A DNA stretch of 63,440 nucleotides, filler included, from Octopus bimaculoides (taxonomy: Eukaryota): assembly GCF_001194135.2 (NCBI RefSeq). It is 6 parts of 6 records of this genome, joined end to end, with 100 filler letters (N's around TTAATTAATTAA, not from the genome) between each part and the next. Parts side by side here need not be neighbours in the genome. Positions count along the whole stretch, not along the records: positions 25,495 to 32,776 come from NC_068994.1; positions 32,877 to 47,391 come from NC_068988.1; 4 more parts are not named here. The stretch is one strand, 5' to 3'. This document shows positions 25,451-37,267 of the stretch, piece after piece; the stretch's first letter is position 1, and every line of letters starts with the position of its first letter. Made by a program: the position numbers and the translations under genes. The notes beneath the pieces are model-generated. The model ran no database searches and was not told the DNA's origin. It saw nothing but the letters and a program-made list of their open reading frames with translations.

Positions 25451-25494
25451 NNNNNNNNNNNNNNNNNNNNNNNNNNNNNNNNNNNNNNNNNNNN

Positions 25495-25568
<74 letters not shown>

Positions 25569-25699
25569 TAGAGTGAGAAAGAGAGAAAGAGACAAAGAAA
25601 GAACGATCCTAGATGTGTTCTTTCCAAAAATACTGTGTCGATTAGAGCTCTGGGTTGATCTGTGGACTACGTTTGGCTTTCTTCTATGCGATATTTCAT

Positions 25700-25899
25700 C
25701 TGTTGTTGTTGTTGTTAGTGTTTCTGTTGTTGTTGCAGCTGTTTTGGTTGTTGTTTTTTGTTGCAGTTGTTGTTGTTGCCGCTGGTGTTGTTGCAGCAGG
25801 TGTTCTTGCTGCAGTTGTTGCTGGTGTTCATGCGGTTGTCGCTGCAATTGTTGTTAATGTGGTTTTATATGGTTGCAGAAGTTGTTGCTGTTACTCCCG

Positions 25900-25932
<33 letters not shown>

Positions 25933-25935
25933 GTG
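25700..25935. repeat. Degenerate (GTT/GCT)n trinucleotide tract
   Basis: Low-complexity tract producing poly-Q/V/L/C ORFs in several frames. Confidence 0.9.
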
Positions 25936-25939
25936 GTGG

Positions 25940-26097
25940 AGGGCTTCTTTCAGTTTCCGTCTACCAAATCCACTCACAAGACTTTGGTCGACTCGAGGCT
26001 ATAGTAGAAGAAACTTGCCCAAGGTGCCACGCAGTGGGACTGAACCCGGAACCATTTGGTTTGTAAGCTAGCTATTTACCACACACCCGCTCTTGCG

Positions 26098-26098
<1 letters not shown>
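25940..26098 (-). mobile_element. Family C SINE 5' half
   Basis: GGGCTTCTTTCAGTTTCCGTCTACCAAATCCACTCACAAG..CCCAAGGTGCCACGCAGTGGGACTGAACCCGG, the reverse complement of the 57331 head. Confidence 0.9.
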
Positions 26099-26130
<32 letters not shown>

Positions 26131-27589
26131 NNNNNNNNNNNNNNNNNNNNNNNNNNNNNNNNNNNNNNNNNNNNNNNNNNNNNNNNNNNNNNNNNNNNNN
26201 NNNNNNNNNNNNNNNNNNNNNNNNNNNNNNNNNNNNNNNNNNNNNNNNNNNNNNNNNNNNNNNNNNNNNNNNNNNNNNNNNNNNNNNNNNNNNNNNNNNN
26301 NNNNNNNNNNNNNNNNNNNNNNNNNNNNNNNNNNNNNNNNNNNNNNNNNNNNNNNNNNNNNNNNNNNNNNNNNNNNNNNNNNNNNNNNNNNNNNNNNNNN
26401 NNNNNNNNNNNNNNNNNNNNNNNNNNNNNNNNNNNNNNNNNNNNNNNNNNNNNNNNNNNNNNNNNNNNNNNNNNNNNNNNNNNNNNNNNNNNNNNNNNNN
26501 NNNNNNNNNNNNNNNNNNNNNNNNNNNNNNNNNNNNNNNNNNNNNNNNNNNNNNNNNNNNNNNNNNNNNNNNNNNNNNNNNNNNNNNNNNNNNNNNNNNN
26601 NNNNNNNNNNNNNNNNNNNNNNNNNNNNNNNNNNNNNNNNNNNNNNNNNNNNNNNNNNNNNNNNNNNNNNNNNNNNNNNNNNNNNNNNNNNNNNNNNNNN
26701 NNNNNNNNNNNNNNNNNNNNNNNNNNNNNNNNNNNNNNNNNNNNNNNNNNNNNNNNNNNNNNNNNNNNNNNNNNNNNNNNNNNNNNNNNNNNNNNNNNNN
26801 NNNNNNNNNNNNNNNNNNNNNNNNNNNNNNNNNNNNNNNNNNNNNNNNNNNNNNNNNNNNNNNNNNNNNNNNNNNNNNNNNNNNNNNNNNNNNNNNNNNN
26901 NNNNNNNNNNNNNNNNNNNNNNNNNNNNNNNNNNNNNNNNNNNNNNNNNNNNNNNNNNNNNNNNNNNNNNNNNNNNNNNNNNNNNNNNNNNNNNNNNNNN
27001 NNNNNNNNNNNNNNNNNNNNNNNNNNNNNNNNNNNNNNNNNNNNNNNNNNNNNNNNNNNNNNNNNNNNNNNNNNNNNNNNNNNNNNNNNNNNNNNNNNNN
27101 NATATATATATATATATATATACATGTATGTGTATGTATACTGGTATTGATATTTCACTTAGGCATAGCGATACTAATAACCTGGCATTAGAACTCAATA
27201 GAAATGCTTCAGATCGGAGTGTCCGTCCAGTAGAGAGTGGTAATAAGAAACTAGAATGACCAAGGATTAAATAATTATGTCATGACCTTCATTGGCTTAC
27301 AGCTGTCTCTGTTATAAGACACAATGCACTCATAGTTGAATGATTGTCAGCAATGGAGTCAACGATAAGTAATAATACAGTCTGTTATTAAAAAAAAAAT
27401 GTTTCCTTTTAATAGATATTACCAAAATATCATTGCAAGTAGAAGCGAAAAGAATATATACCGCTATGTGTGCTTAAAAAGATGAAATACACAAACCAAG
27501 GGAGATAACTGCAATTAAATTATATGACGTAATTCAAATCAAATGCAAAATACGGTTAAGAACAGGTTTTGTCTAGCTCTAGTGAACTA

Positions 27590-27650
27590 GTAAAACTAAC
27601 AGATATATTTCAATCTTGTTAGATCTCGTCAGTGGGAAGCATGTTTACAG
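27590..27650 (-). ncRNA. Hammerhead ribozyme motif with complete core
   Basis: CA-CUGACGA-GAUCU(AACA)AGAUU-GAAA-UAUA-UC/UG; 5-bp stem II, palindromic AUAUAU stem III, AUC site (cut between 27602 and 27601), distal stem I GUAAA/UUUAC. Confidence 0.6.
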
Positions 27651-28059
27651 TGAATGACAAGATTGAGAAGTGGTCGCATATGCATAGAAATAGCTGCATT
27701 AAAACCTTTCATAGTATTTGATGTATCAAATTATATTACATCAGGCTATATTTTATAATCATTTCCATACGGTTCTTCGTTTATGCTTGTCTGGTTAAAT
27801 AAGGACGACTAGAGTGATTTTAACCAAGTAATAGACCTCGTCGAACTAATGGTAAGATGGCATGCTGTCATCGTCTGGGTGGTGTGTGAATGTGGAGGAG
27901 AACTGTGTGTTGTGTTGTGATGTTGGAGTATTAGTAACTGAATTAGAAACTGATGAAGGAACTTTGAAGGAATGGAATTTCTCTATTTTGGCTTAACGAT
28001 GTTGTCAGTTCGCTGAAGTCACTGCGACCTTCACTTCAGGAAGCTAAGTTTCTGCATAG

Positions 28060-28092
<33 letters not shown>

Positions 28093-28578
28093 NNNNNNNN
28101 NNNNNNNNNNNNNNNNNNNNNNNNNNNNNNNNNNNNNNNNNNNNNNNNNNNNNNNNNNNNNNNNNNNNNNNNNNNNNNNNNNNNNNNNNNNNNNNNNNNN
28201 NNNNNNNNNNNNNNNNNNNNNNNNNNNNNNNNNNNNNNNNNNNNNNNNNNNNNNNNNNNNNNNNNNNNNNNNNNNNNNNNNNNNNNNNNNNNNNNNNNNN
28301 NNNNNNNNNNNNNNNNNNNNNNNNNNNNNNNNNNNNNNNNNNNNNNNNNNNNNNNNNNNNNNNNNNNNNNNNNNNNNNNNNNNNNNNNNNNNNNNNNNNN
28401 NNNNNNNNNNNNNNNNNNNNNNNNNNNNNNNNNNNNNNNNNNNNNNNNNNNNNNNNNNNNNNNNNNNNNNNNNNNNNNCGGCGGCGGCGACGACGGCGGC
28501 GGCAACGGCGGCGGTAGAAACGTAACGAGGTTAGCCTTCTAGAAATCAGGTTTGTTTTTATCATTATTGTTCTCTTTA

Positions 28579-28795
28579 GGGCGGCGAGCTGGTAGAATCG
28601 TTAGCACGCCGGGAAAAATGCCTTGTGGTATTTCGTCTGTCTTCACGTTCTGAGTTCATATTCCGCCAAAGTCGACTTTGCCTTTCATCCTTTAGGGGTC
28701 TATCAAATAAGTATCAGTTACGCACTGGGGTCGAAGTAATCGACTTAATCCCTTTCCCAAATTTGAGGCCTTGTGCTTCCAGTAGAAAGGATTAT
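28579..28795 (+). mobile_element. Family B SINE
   Basis: GGCGGCGAGCTGGTAGAATCGTTAGCACGCCGGG head and conserved body. Confidence 0.9.
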
Positions 28796-29395
28796 TATTG
28801 TTGCCTTTCATCTTTTTGGAGGTCAATTAAATAAGTACCAAGAATCTTCTCTGTTTGGTCGCCACTTTTCTTCTTCAATTTTTGTTCCAACTAATTTCAT
28901 ATTTGGTGTATTGATGTGATTTTGTATGCTACTTATTGACATGTAATTCATTTTTGTCGTAAATTAATAGTTAAATTTTTTCTTTATGCATCTCAGAGTT
29001 TATCACATTTTTTCATAACGTTTCAGTTTTTGAAAGAGCGAGATTTAGCTGCTATTTTTAATCTGTCAAGCATTCAAAGTAGATTCTCTCTTAGTAGGTT
29101 AGACAACTGCATAAAACTCTTGTCTCTCAGTAACCCATGTTTCCTCAATCCCCAAGAGAAACTGATGATATCTTTTGCAAGGCAATACATATAAATGTGT
29201 GTGTGTGTGTGTGTGTATACATACATAATATGTATATATTCATACATTTACATATACACACATATATTAACAAATATGTATACATATTTATGTATATGTG
29301 TTCAAATATATACACACATGAGTATCTATATATACAAACATATACATGTGTATGTGTGTGTCTATCTATCTATCTATCTATATATATATATATAT

Positions 29396-29492
<97 letters not shown>

Positions 29493-30944
29493 GGCATGTA
29501 TATGTTTATATGTGTGACTCTGTATGTACATATGAAAGTGTGCAATAAAGTTATATAACTCTCATTTGTCTCTCTGGTTTATTTGGCTAGATTTACGACT
29601 TATTCCAAGACCATCTACTTTAAGCTTCCTAATAAAACCATCATAAACTTCCTTTCTCAATCTCATTCTTCTTCTCCACCATTACACCATCACCACCACC
29701 ACCACCACTACCACCACCACCACCACCATCACCACCCGCTTTATGGACTTAAATGAGTGGAGAAGTCAATCAGCAATCAGTGCAAAAATCGCATGCACAC
29801 ACACATACATATATACATACATACACACACATACACGTGCATATATATATATACATATACACACGTACACAAGCACATATGTACACACACAAATACTCAC
29901 ATATACATGCATACATAACTTGCGCGCTACAGTATAATCTAAAAGTAATTCATCCGATTGAGCATGAAGTCAGCCATCAGCAAACAGCAGCAACCGGATT
30001 GGGAATTATCTTATACGGAATGAAATATATTAGGAAAGAAAAACAGGAGTGTCACGGATGGAATGCTTGTCGATGGATGAAATTTCGACGCAAAGGAAAT
30101 TCTTTCCCAGCACCTACGCATGTCCTAGAGCGATAGAAGCTATATCTTAACAACTTCACAGTTCAAGTATTCGTTCAAAGGTAAGATTTTTATAAAGTGT
30201 TTTAAATCCTCACAGCAAATCCAGCAAACAACATGATTTCCAAATAATCCAAATAATTTCCCAACAAACAACAACGGTGAATCAAAAAGGAAGTATCACT
30301 GGCACCATTTTCAACGTCACACGCACATAATATTCATTTAAAAATACAAGCTCCTCACTCACAAACGCAAAAATGATACCCATTTCAATTCCATACATTG
30401 GACAGAAATAAAATTAGTAAACACAGCACAAAAATATGTAATAAAGTCAGCAACACGACATTAATGGTATTAAAAATACTTTTATGAGATTAAAAAATCT
30501 TTTTAATACACACGACGTACACATTGCAATAAGCCAAGAAACATTCTTAAAAATATGTTACAAAACATCCATTTCAAATTGTACACTGATTAGAGTTAAC
30601 AAAGCACCTCTTCAGACAGAGGTGGTGGTTATATAACTTGTGTAAAATTTTCTGTTCGGTATGCAGATATCGCAAATGCACGTATTAGTAGTGTACAACA
30701 AGAAATAAAGATTTTCAAAATATAATTCAGTAATATACAGAACCTCAGTATAACATATTCATGCTGTCCATTACTGACGTTCCAATCGAGTTACATACCA
30801 CATGCTCAGCACTTTATCATTCACACAAACAACGTCAAATGGTTTTTAGACGGTTGAGGAAACAAGAAGACGAAAACGATATTATCACAGCTGTACACAT
30901 TCTACATCTTAAATAACCCACGTTTATATACATATGCACCTCAC

Positions 30945-31200
30945 CTGCTCAAGTGGAACAGCTCTTCCCTAAATATCATGTCCTGCTTTGAAGTTGTAGT
31001 TACCACAACCAGTTCGGCAAGCAAGTATTTAACTATTCTCAAAAGCATCACAACACACTTTTACATCAATGTAGAAAGTAACAACACTTTTACACAAACC
31101 CCAACAAAGCAAATTCGAAGAACGAGATGTACCAAGAAACCGATTCAAGGTTTTCAAAATTCAATGACAGCACAATCACTACGCTGACACGCTTCAGCCT
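30945..31200 (-). other. Candidate first exon of a minus-strand transcript (possible ORF start MLLRIVKYLLAELVVVTTTSKQDMIFREELFHLS)
   Basis: Donor CAG|GTGAGG at 30945/30944; first in-frame ATG follows an in-frame TAA; GC box just upstream. The 5' boundary is a guess. Confidence 0.3.
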
Positions 31201-31330
31201 CCGCCCCAAAGACCTGCTGTCTCCTCCTACCTCGCTCTCCCTCTGTCTGCCTCCTTCTCTTGCTTCCTCTCTCTATCTCTCTCTCTCTCTCTCTCTCTCG
31301 TCGCTATAATAACAAGCTATGTTCTTCAGA
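31195..31330. promoter_or_regulatory. Candidate bidirectional promoter
   Basis: GC box GGGGCGGAG (minus, 31199-31207), (CT/GA)n tract at about 31230-31299 and TATAATAA at 31305, lying between two outward-facing strong donors. Confidence 0.3.
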
Positions 31331-31503
31331 GCTCGCTCGTCACATACCTCCACCACTCCAACTCCTCTGACACTAGCACACGATCTCAGCTCAAGTCACT
31401 TGCTATGCAAGTACATCTCCGTAAAAAAATGATATTACATGATTTTGGCAAAGTTATTGAGAGGTGTAGTCTCAAAATGTAGAGCTGCTAGACACAAATG
31501 AAG
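31326..31503 (+). other. Candidate first exon of a plus-strand transcript
   Basis: Consensus donor AAG|GTAAGT at 31503/31504; exon ends ATG AAG. The 5' boundary is a guess. Confidence 0.3.
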
Positions 31504-32052
31504 GTAAGTAATATTCTTATTCAATGTCATGAATAAACCTAGAGCCGAGTCAGAAATTAAGGCACCAAAAACTTTCTTTGAAGTTGTTCCCCACTGTATC
31601 TTATGCAGTTCTGAATGCAAGAGATATGAATAAGAGCCAACAAAAACGGACAATATGGCGCCCCTGTAGTTTCACTTTAGAGGTTATAACCGAAAACCCG
31701 TATTTTAGATGAAAGCTAAATATGGTTTAATTGGGATGTGTGTGCGTGTGTGTGTGTGTGTCTGTCTCTCTATCTGTTTGTGACAATACAACTCGCCATA
31801 CGCCATCAATTGAACATCTCACACGATCTATATCTTACTATTTCTATCTATCCCCACTCTCTTTCCCCTTCTGGTCTCTTCCATAGTTCTCCATCCCTTT
31901 CGACCTTTCTTTCGTCTTCTTTTATAAGAGTGCCCCGTTTATTGCTAACAATCAATGAATCGCTATCCCTGCATCTCTGCGTCTTCATCTTCTATCCTCT
32001 TCTTATTCTTCTGGCAATTCCTGTATGTCGTTCTATCAGTCTATATCTTTGT

Positions 32053-32091
<39 letters not shown>

Positions 32092-32144
32092 NNNNNNNNN
32101 NNNNNNNNNNNNNNNNNNNNNNNNNNNNNNNNNNNNNNNNNNNN

Positions 32145-32177
<33 letters not shown>

Positions 32178-32212
32178 ATATAAACATACGCACATATATA
32201 TATATATGTGTG

Positions 32213-32257
<45 letters not shown>

Positions 32258-32332
32258 CGTTCTAGCATGATCTCCTTTTCTCCTTTCTCTTATTTTATAC
32301 TCTCTCGCTCTCTCTATCTCTATCTTTCTCTC

Positions 32333-32379
<47 letters not shown>

Positions 32380-32614
32380 GTTTCTCCCGCTCTTTCTCTC
32401 TGTCTCCCTCCCTAGACTCACTTTTCTTTGCTTTCTCTGAATTGCTTTCACTACCTATCTTACTCCTTCTACACATACAATGTATATACATACTTACCTA
32501 CCTACCTTCATACATACATACACATATATATATATATATACATATATACAAACATACATGTATATATAAATCTATAGATATGCATGTGTGTGTGTATATA
32601 TATATAGGATCTTT

Positions 32615-32776
32615 TTTAAAACGGGGGCCACATTTTTCATTAACGAAACAAATTCGAATACAAAAATATTTTTCTGTTCTATAACACAAAATAGATAAGT
32701 ATACGAAGTTTGAAAGTCTTTCGGTACCAAAAACACTACGTAAAACATTAATGAAAAATGTGGCCCCCGTTTTAAA
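32615..32776. mobile_element. Young MITE with perfect 29-bp inverted repeats (right end lost in gap)
   Basis: TTTAAAACGGGGGCCACATTTTTCATTAA at 32615-32643 and its exact reverse complement at 32748-32776; (TA)n on the left suggests the Tc1/mariner superfamily. Confidence 0.8.
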
Positions 32777-32820
32777 NNNNNNNNNNNNNNNNNNNNNNNN
32801 NNNNNNNNNNNNNNNNNNNN

Positions 32821-32832
32821 TTAATTAATTAA
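32821..32832. other. Artificial assembly linker
   Basis: 44 N + TTAATTAATTAA + 44 N. Confidence 0.95.
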
Positions 32833-32876
32833 NNNNNNNNNNNNNNNNNNNNNNNNNNNNNNNNNNNNNNNNNNNN

Positions 32877-33096
32877 ATAATAAAAAAATATTCAGACAAA
32901 TACATAACAAAAACACCAGGACTTACAAATATATATAACATACAGAAAATTGCACTACTGGGTACTGCACACATTCTACGCAAAACACTTTCAATACAGT
33001 AAACATAAGAGCACCACAGCAAACCACAGCACATACCCAAGGCGCACAGAGCTGCGCTCGGTAGTGAAGTGAAAGCACGTTATAAAAATAAAACTA

Positions 33097-33099
<3 letters not shown>
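32877..33099 (+). mobile_element. R4/Dong-clade retrotransposon 3' end with intact stop, 3' UTR and (AAT)n tail
   Basis: IKKYSDKYITKTPGLTNIYNIQKIALLGTAHILRKTLSIQ* (stop at 33000-33002) matches the conserved QK.ALLGTA.ILRK terminus; (AAT)n at 33100-33166. Confidence 0.85.
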
Positions 33100-33166
<67 letters not shown>

Positions 33167-33699
33167 GCCTTGATGCAGTACCAAGCAGTGGCTTTCTTGG
33201 CTTCTCATCTTAACTCATTGGAAGTGCCGTCATGTACCTAAAAGATGGGCTACAGCTTAAATATTGCTCAGTACCACAGATTTGTCAGTTATTTGACCTT
33301 AACCTGTTGAGCATGTCCCTTAGTGACTGACGATTTGTGCACCTGTGATAACGAGCAGTAGTGGTGGGAGAACAACATAGCAATGTGTTAAAAGGAATTC
33401 TTTGGGCTAAGACAATTCACCTTTCGAAATATGGGTGTTTCGTTCAACATCCTTAAACAAACCTTATTCAGGAACCTTTTAAACAGGATGGGCTACTAGA
33501 CATGACGAAATTTCTAACTGAGCCCCACCTGCAAGGTTATGCGCTGTTTATCTTGATATGAGCTCACCATATTGCGTGCATATGGTTGTGACGCATGTGG
33601 CTGGCGTACCCTTATTAGACGGGTAGTCATGATGGGTGTACTGGGCTTCTAAAATTTTACCCCGGTGTCACTTTGATGACATACACTGCTCTCTCACTC
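33167..33699. mobile_element. 533-bp non-coding interspersed element bounded by (AAT)n on both sides
   Basis: Perfect AAT arrays at 33100-33166 and about 33702-33791; second diverged copy at 5175-5457; no ORF and no obvious tRNA head. Orientation unresolved. Confidence 0.75.
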
Positions 33700-33700
33700 A

Positions 33701-33794
<94 letters not shown>

Positions 33795-33824
33795 TAACAA
33801 TTATTATTATTATTATCATTTCTG

Positions 33825-34008
33825 CTTGAGCCCGAAGGCCTGAAATTTGTGGGGAGGGGGACAATGGATTAGATCGACCACAGTACGCAACTGGTATTTT
33901 AAAGACCGCGAAAGGAAGAAAGGCAAAGTCGACCTCAGCTGATTGTGAACGCAGAACGTCGCTAAGCATTTTTCCCGGCGTGCTAAAGATTTTGCCAGCT
34001 CACGGCCT
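33825..34008 (-). mobile_element. Family B SINE
   Basis: Reverse complement of the head (TTTTGCCAGCTC) and body (AAGGCAAAGTCGACCTC); its AAT tail meets the AAT array tail-to-tail. Confidence 0.85.
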
Positions 34009-34279
34009 TAATAATGATTATATATACATACCAGGAAGCTAGCACATTGAAAGAATCAGAGAGATTCAGACACAAATATCTGAGATCTTAGGGGATTAAT
34101 GTATATGTTTATAGATACCGATGACCACTAAGTGGATATTTAATGTGCTAGAAGATCACACACATGTTGTGTCTACTAAGACCTAATAGTTCTCAAAAGG
34201 AAGAAAAAGCGAAATACCAAACCGTATGCGGGCAAGACAGTGGTCATCGATATGTATATATATGTATNNNNNNNNNNNN

Positions 34280-34316
<37 letters not shown>

Positions 34317-36249
34317 CATAAATGTAGGTAGGTAGGTAGGTATGTAGGTAAGCAGGCAGGTAGGTAGGTAGCTATTAGAAGAGTTTAACAGACATTAGCA
34401 AGACAGACTATTTGCATGTCATGTTATGCGAAAAAGTAATTATTGTTTTTGTGGTTCTCTGCATATCTACGAGGAGAAAAGCTTACACATGCACAGCTGT
34501 AAAACAATTACAAATGAAGTAAGTGGGATTTAATATTAGAAGGATCTGGTTGACAGGCATTTTACAATTTGGCAGATAATTTCCTACTATTTTCCAGCAC
34601 TAACAAGAGCGTAGAATACCAGGGTTTGAATATTTTGTATACGAGCACAAACTGTTTTGACGTTTACCAAATATGGATATGCTTCCAATAATTTGTTTTA
34701 CAATGTATCACTGCTGTATGAGGCTATGCCATAGATTTTTAATTCCAGATAATATAAGGTGAAAACACTCAAGGAAATTACTAATCTGTCAGTTATCAAT
34801 TATACTTTGTTGATAATTTATATAACATGTTACATCTACCAAGTGAAAAAGTGGAATATTTATTATGACAAAATAATTGAAGTCACACCGATCGATCGTA
34901 AGCTGTGAGGCAATATGCTCGGCTCTTATACGATTGATTCAGAGAATGATCAAACAGTCTGTCAGCTTTCATTCATAACAGAACATTTACGATTTGTTGT
35001 TATTGTTTAAAGAATAAAAGCGTCGAATATTGCAATAATTTACTAATTTAGAAATATAGAGTAGGAAAAATAGAGAAAAGTATATAGGGAGTTGTTAAGG
35101 TAGATAAACACGATTAAGTTTAATGCATGTATTTATACATATCACAAAAAAAAAACTAGAGAATAAAGTTAAAAATACAAATGAAGAAAATATATACAGA
35201 TAAAAATTATATAATGTCATATCTTAACAACCGTTTAAGAAAACCGTGAGATACATAATGACCATCATTTACTGGTGATTATTGCATAAATTTGTAGATA
35301 CAAAATTGTTGACTAGTCAGATGAAGTTATAGCATGAAGTCTGGCTCCCGTTTTGAAGAACAATTTGGCGAATGAAAATACTACGTATGAAGAGAACTGC
35401 AATTTTACGCAAATATTCGAAACAATTATAAAGGAAACATTACCGTTAAGTACAACTTAAAACATGCTGGAAATGTGTGCGAGGTGAAATAAAATACGAA
35501 ACATGGGTAATATATTTATTCATATTAATCGTGAATGGTTATGGATGTTCATATTTGAAAATAGTACTATAAAAATGAATAAAGAAGGCAGAGTGAAAAT
35601 ATATACACACAGCGCGCCGACATATACACACATATGTATACAACACGCCATCTTATACACACACACACATACGTACATACGTGCGTACATATATATATAC
35701 ATATATACACGCATGTATGCATATATACATATATTTTTACATACATGCATGTATGCATGCATACATACAGGCATACACATAAGTATATATTTTGTCTCTC
35801 GTACATACAGAGAGAGAGAGAGATATATAAATAGATAGATAGGGTGGGAGAGAGAAAGAGAGACAAATAGAGAGAGAGAGAATATTATACATACATAGGT
35901 ATGTGTGTAAGTACACACATACACACACAAACATACACACACAGACACACTCACACGCACATACACACACACACACATGTATATATTCATGCATATATAC
36001 ACATGTGTGTGTACGTGTGTCTTTGTGTATGTATGTGTGTGTATACATGTAGTAGTATGGTTAGGGTACGCCCTGTAACAGTGTGTGACTGCATCTGTCA
36101 TTTGTTCTGATACTGGCGGATGTCACATTTCCACCACTCAGCCCATGGCTCTGTTTAAATAATCGTCCCTGATGGTGGTTTCATGAGGCTGGAGTGCAAA
36201 TCGTACCCCAATCTCGTTTACTCTCCTTTTACGAAAGGCAGATGAAAAG

Positions 36250-36400
36250 TTGAGTCCACTCTTTTACATCCGATCACGACACAGTGTTTGAGCCAGTGAT
36301 ATGAAATAAGTGTTTTTCCACAACACAACACGGTGCCCGGGACTTGAATCGAAGCTGTCTTCTGGCAATTATGAGTCAAGGCACACTAACCAGGAGGTAA
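36250..36400 (-). mobile_element. Degenerate family A-like SINE
   Basis: Minus strand GGTTAGTGTGCCTTGACTCAT..GATTCAAGTCCCGG..GTGTTGTGTTGTGGAAAAACACTTATTTCA, similar to 53310-53405. Confidence 0.5.
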
Positions 36401-37185
36401 GGTTGTTATACTCGACTCTATGTACACTCACATCCCCACACCCCACACACCCCACACATACACTCACTCACACACATAGCAGTGAAAACACTCTGAAGCC
36501 ACAACAATTTACAATATGTTTTCATAGGCATGGTTGGAGTAAAAAGAAAAAACTAATTGAAATAAGGATAACGTCTTACCTCTGCAAAATTGCAAGAAGG
36601 AATCTCAGTTAACTTGGTATCATGATTTCAAATTGAGCACCAAAATACGCTTCAGCCAATTTCCTCCTAACAAAATCGTATTTATCACTTCCATCAATAC
36701 CTGTGTTCGTTTCAGTGCCGAAATCACACCCGAGAAAAACGAATAAAGAGGACACAATTCGTTTTTCTTAACTATATAAAGACCATTGATACCCATGAAA
36801 GATATCAATGTTAGTGGCTGCAAGCTAAAACTGTATACGCAAAATTAATAGAGATATGTAAAAGAATTATATATAAGAAGGGTGGTTATTTAAAAAAAAA
36901 CACCAGCATTATTAAAAATAGAGTTTGTTACGCTTGCTGAAGAGAAGCAAGCGTATTTTGACGTTAAATTCTAAATAATGATATCAAATCAACTGACAAT
37001 CCTTTTTGCAAATTTGTAGAGGGAAGTCGCAACCCTTATTTCATTTAGCTTTGGCGAGAAGGGGTTCTAACAACGCCTGTGAAAATATAATGTTAATGTT
37101 TTTGGCCCCGGAGAGTTTTTTAACTCCTACTTTTAGGAAAGCTCGTGTTTTTAAAATAAGCCCCCTTATTATATATAAATCTTTT

Positions 37186-37267
<82 letters not shown>

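Noticed and set aside
25443-26071. Poly-Gln/Val/Cys ORFs resembling a low-complexity protein
   Set aside because: Degenerate (GTT)n tract attached to a SINE; open in multiple frames on both strands.
27820-27992. Ser/Thr-rich minus-strand reading that looked like a terminal exon
   Set aside because: The protein-like stretches lie in different frames, there are stops just upstream, and no pyrimidine-rich acceptor is present.
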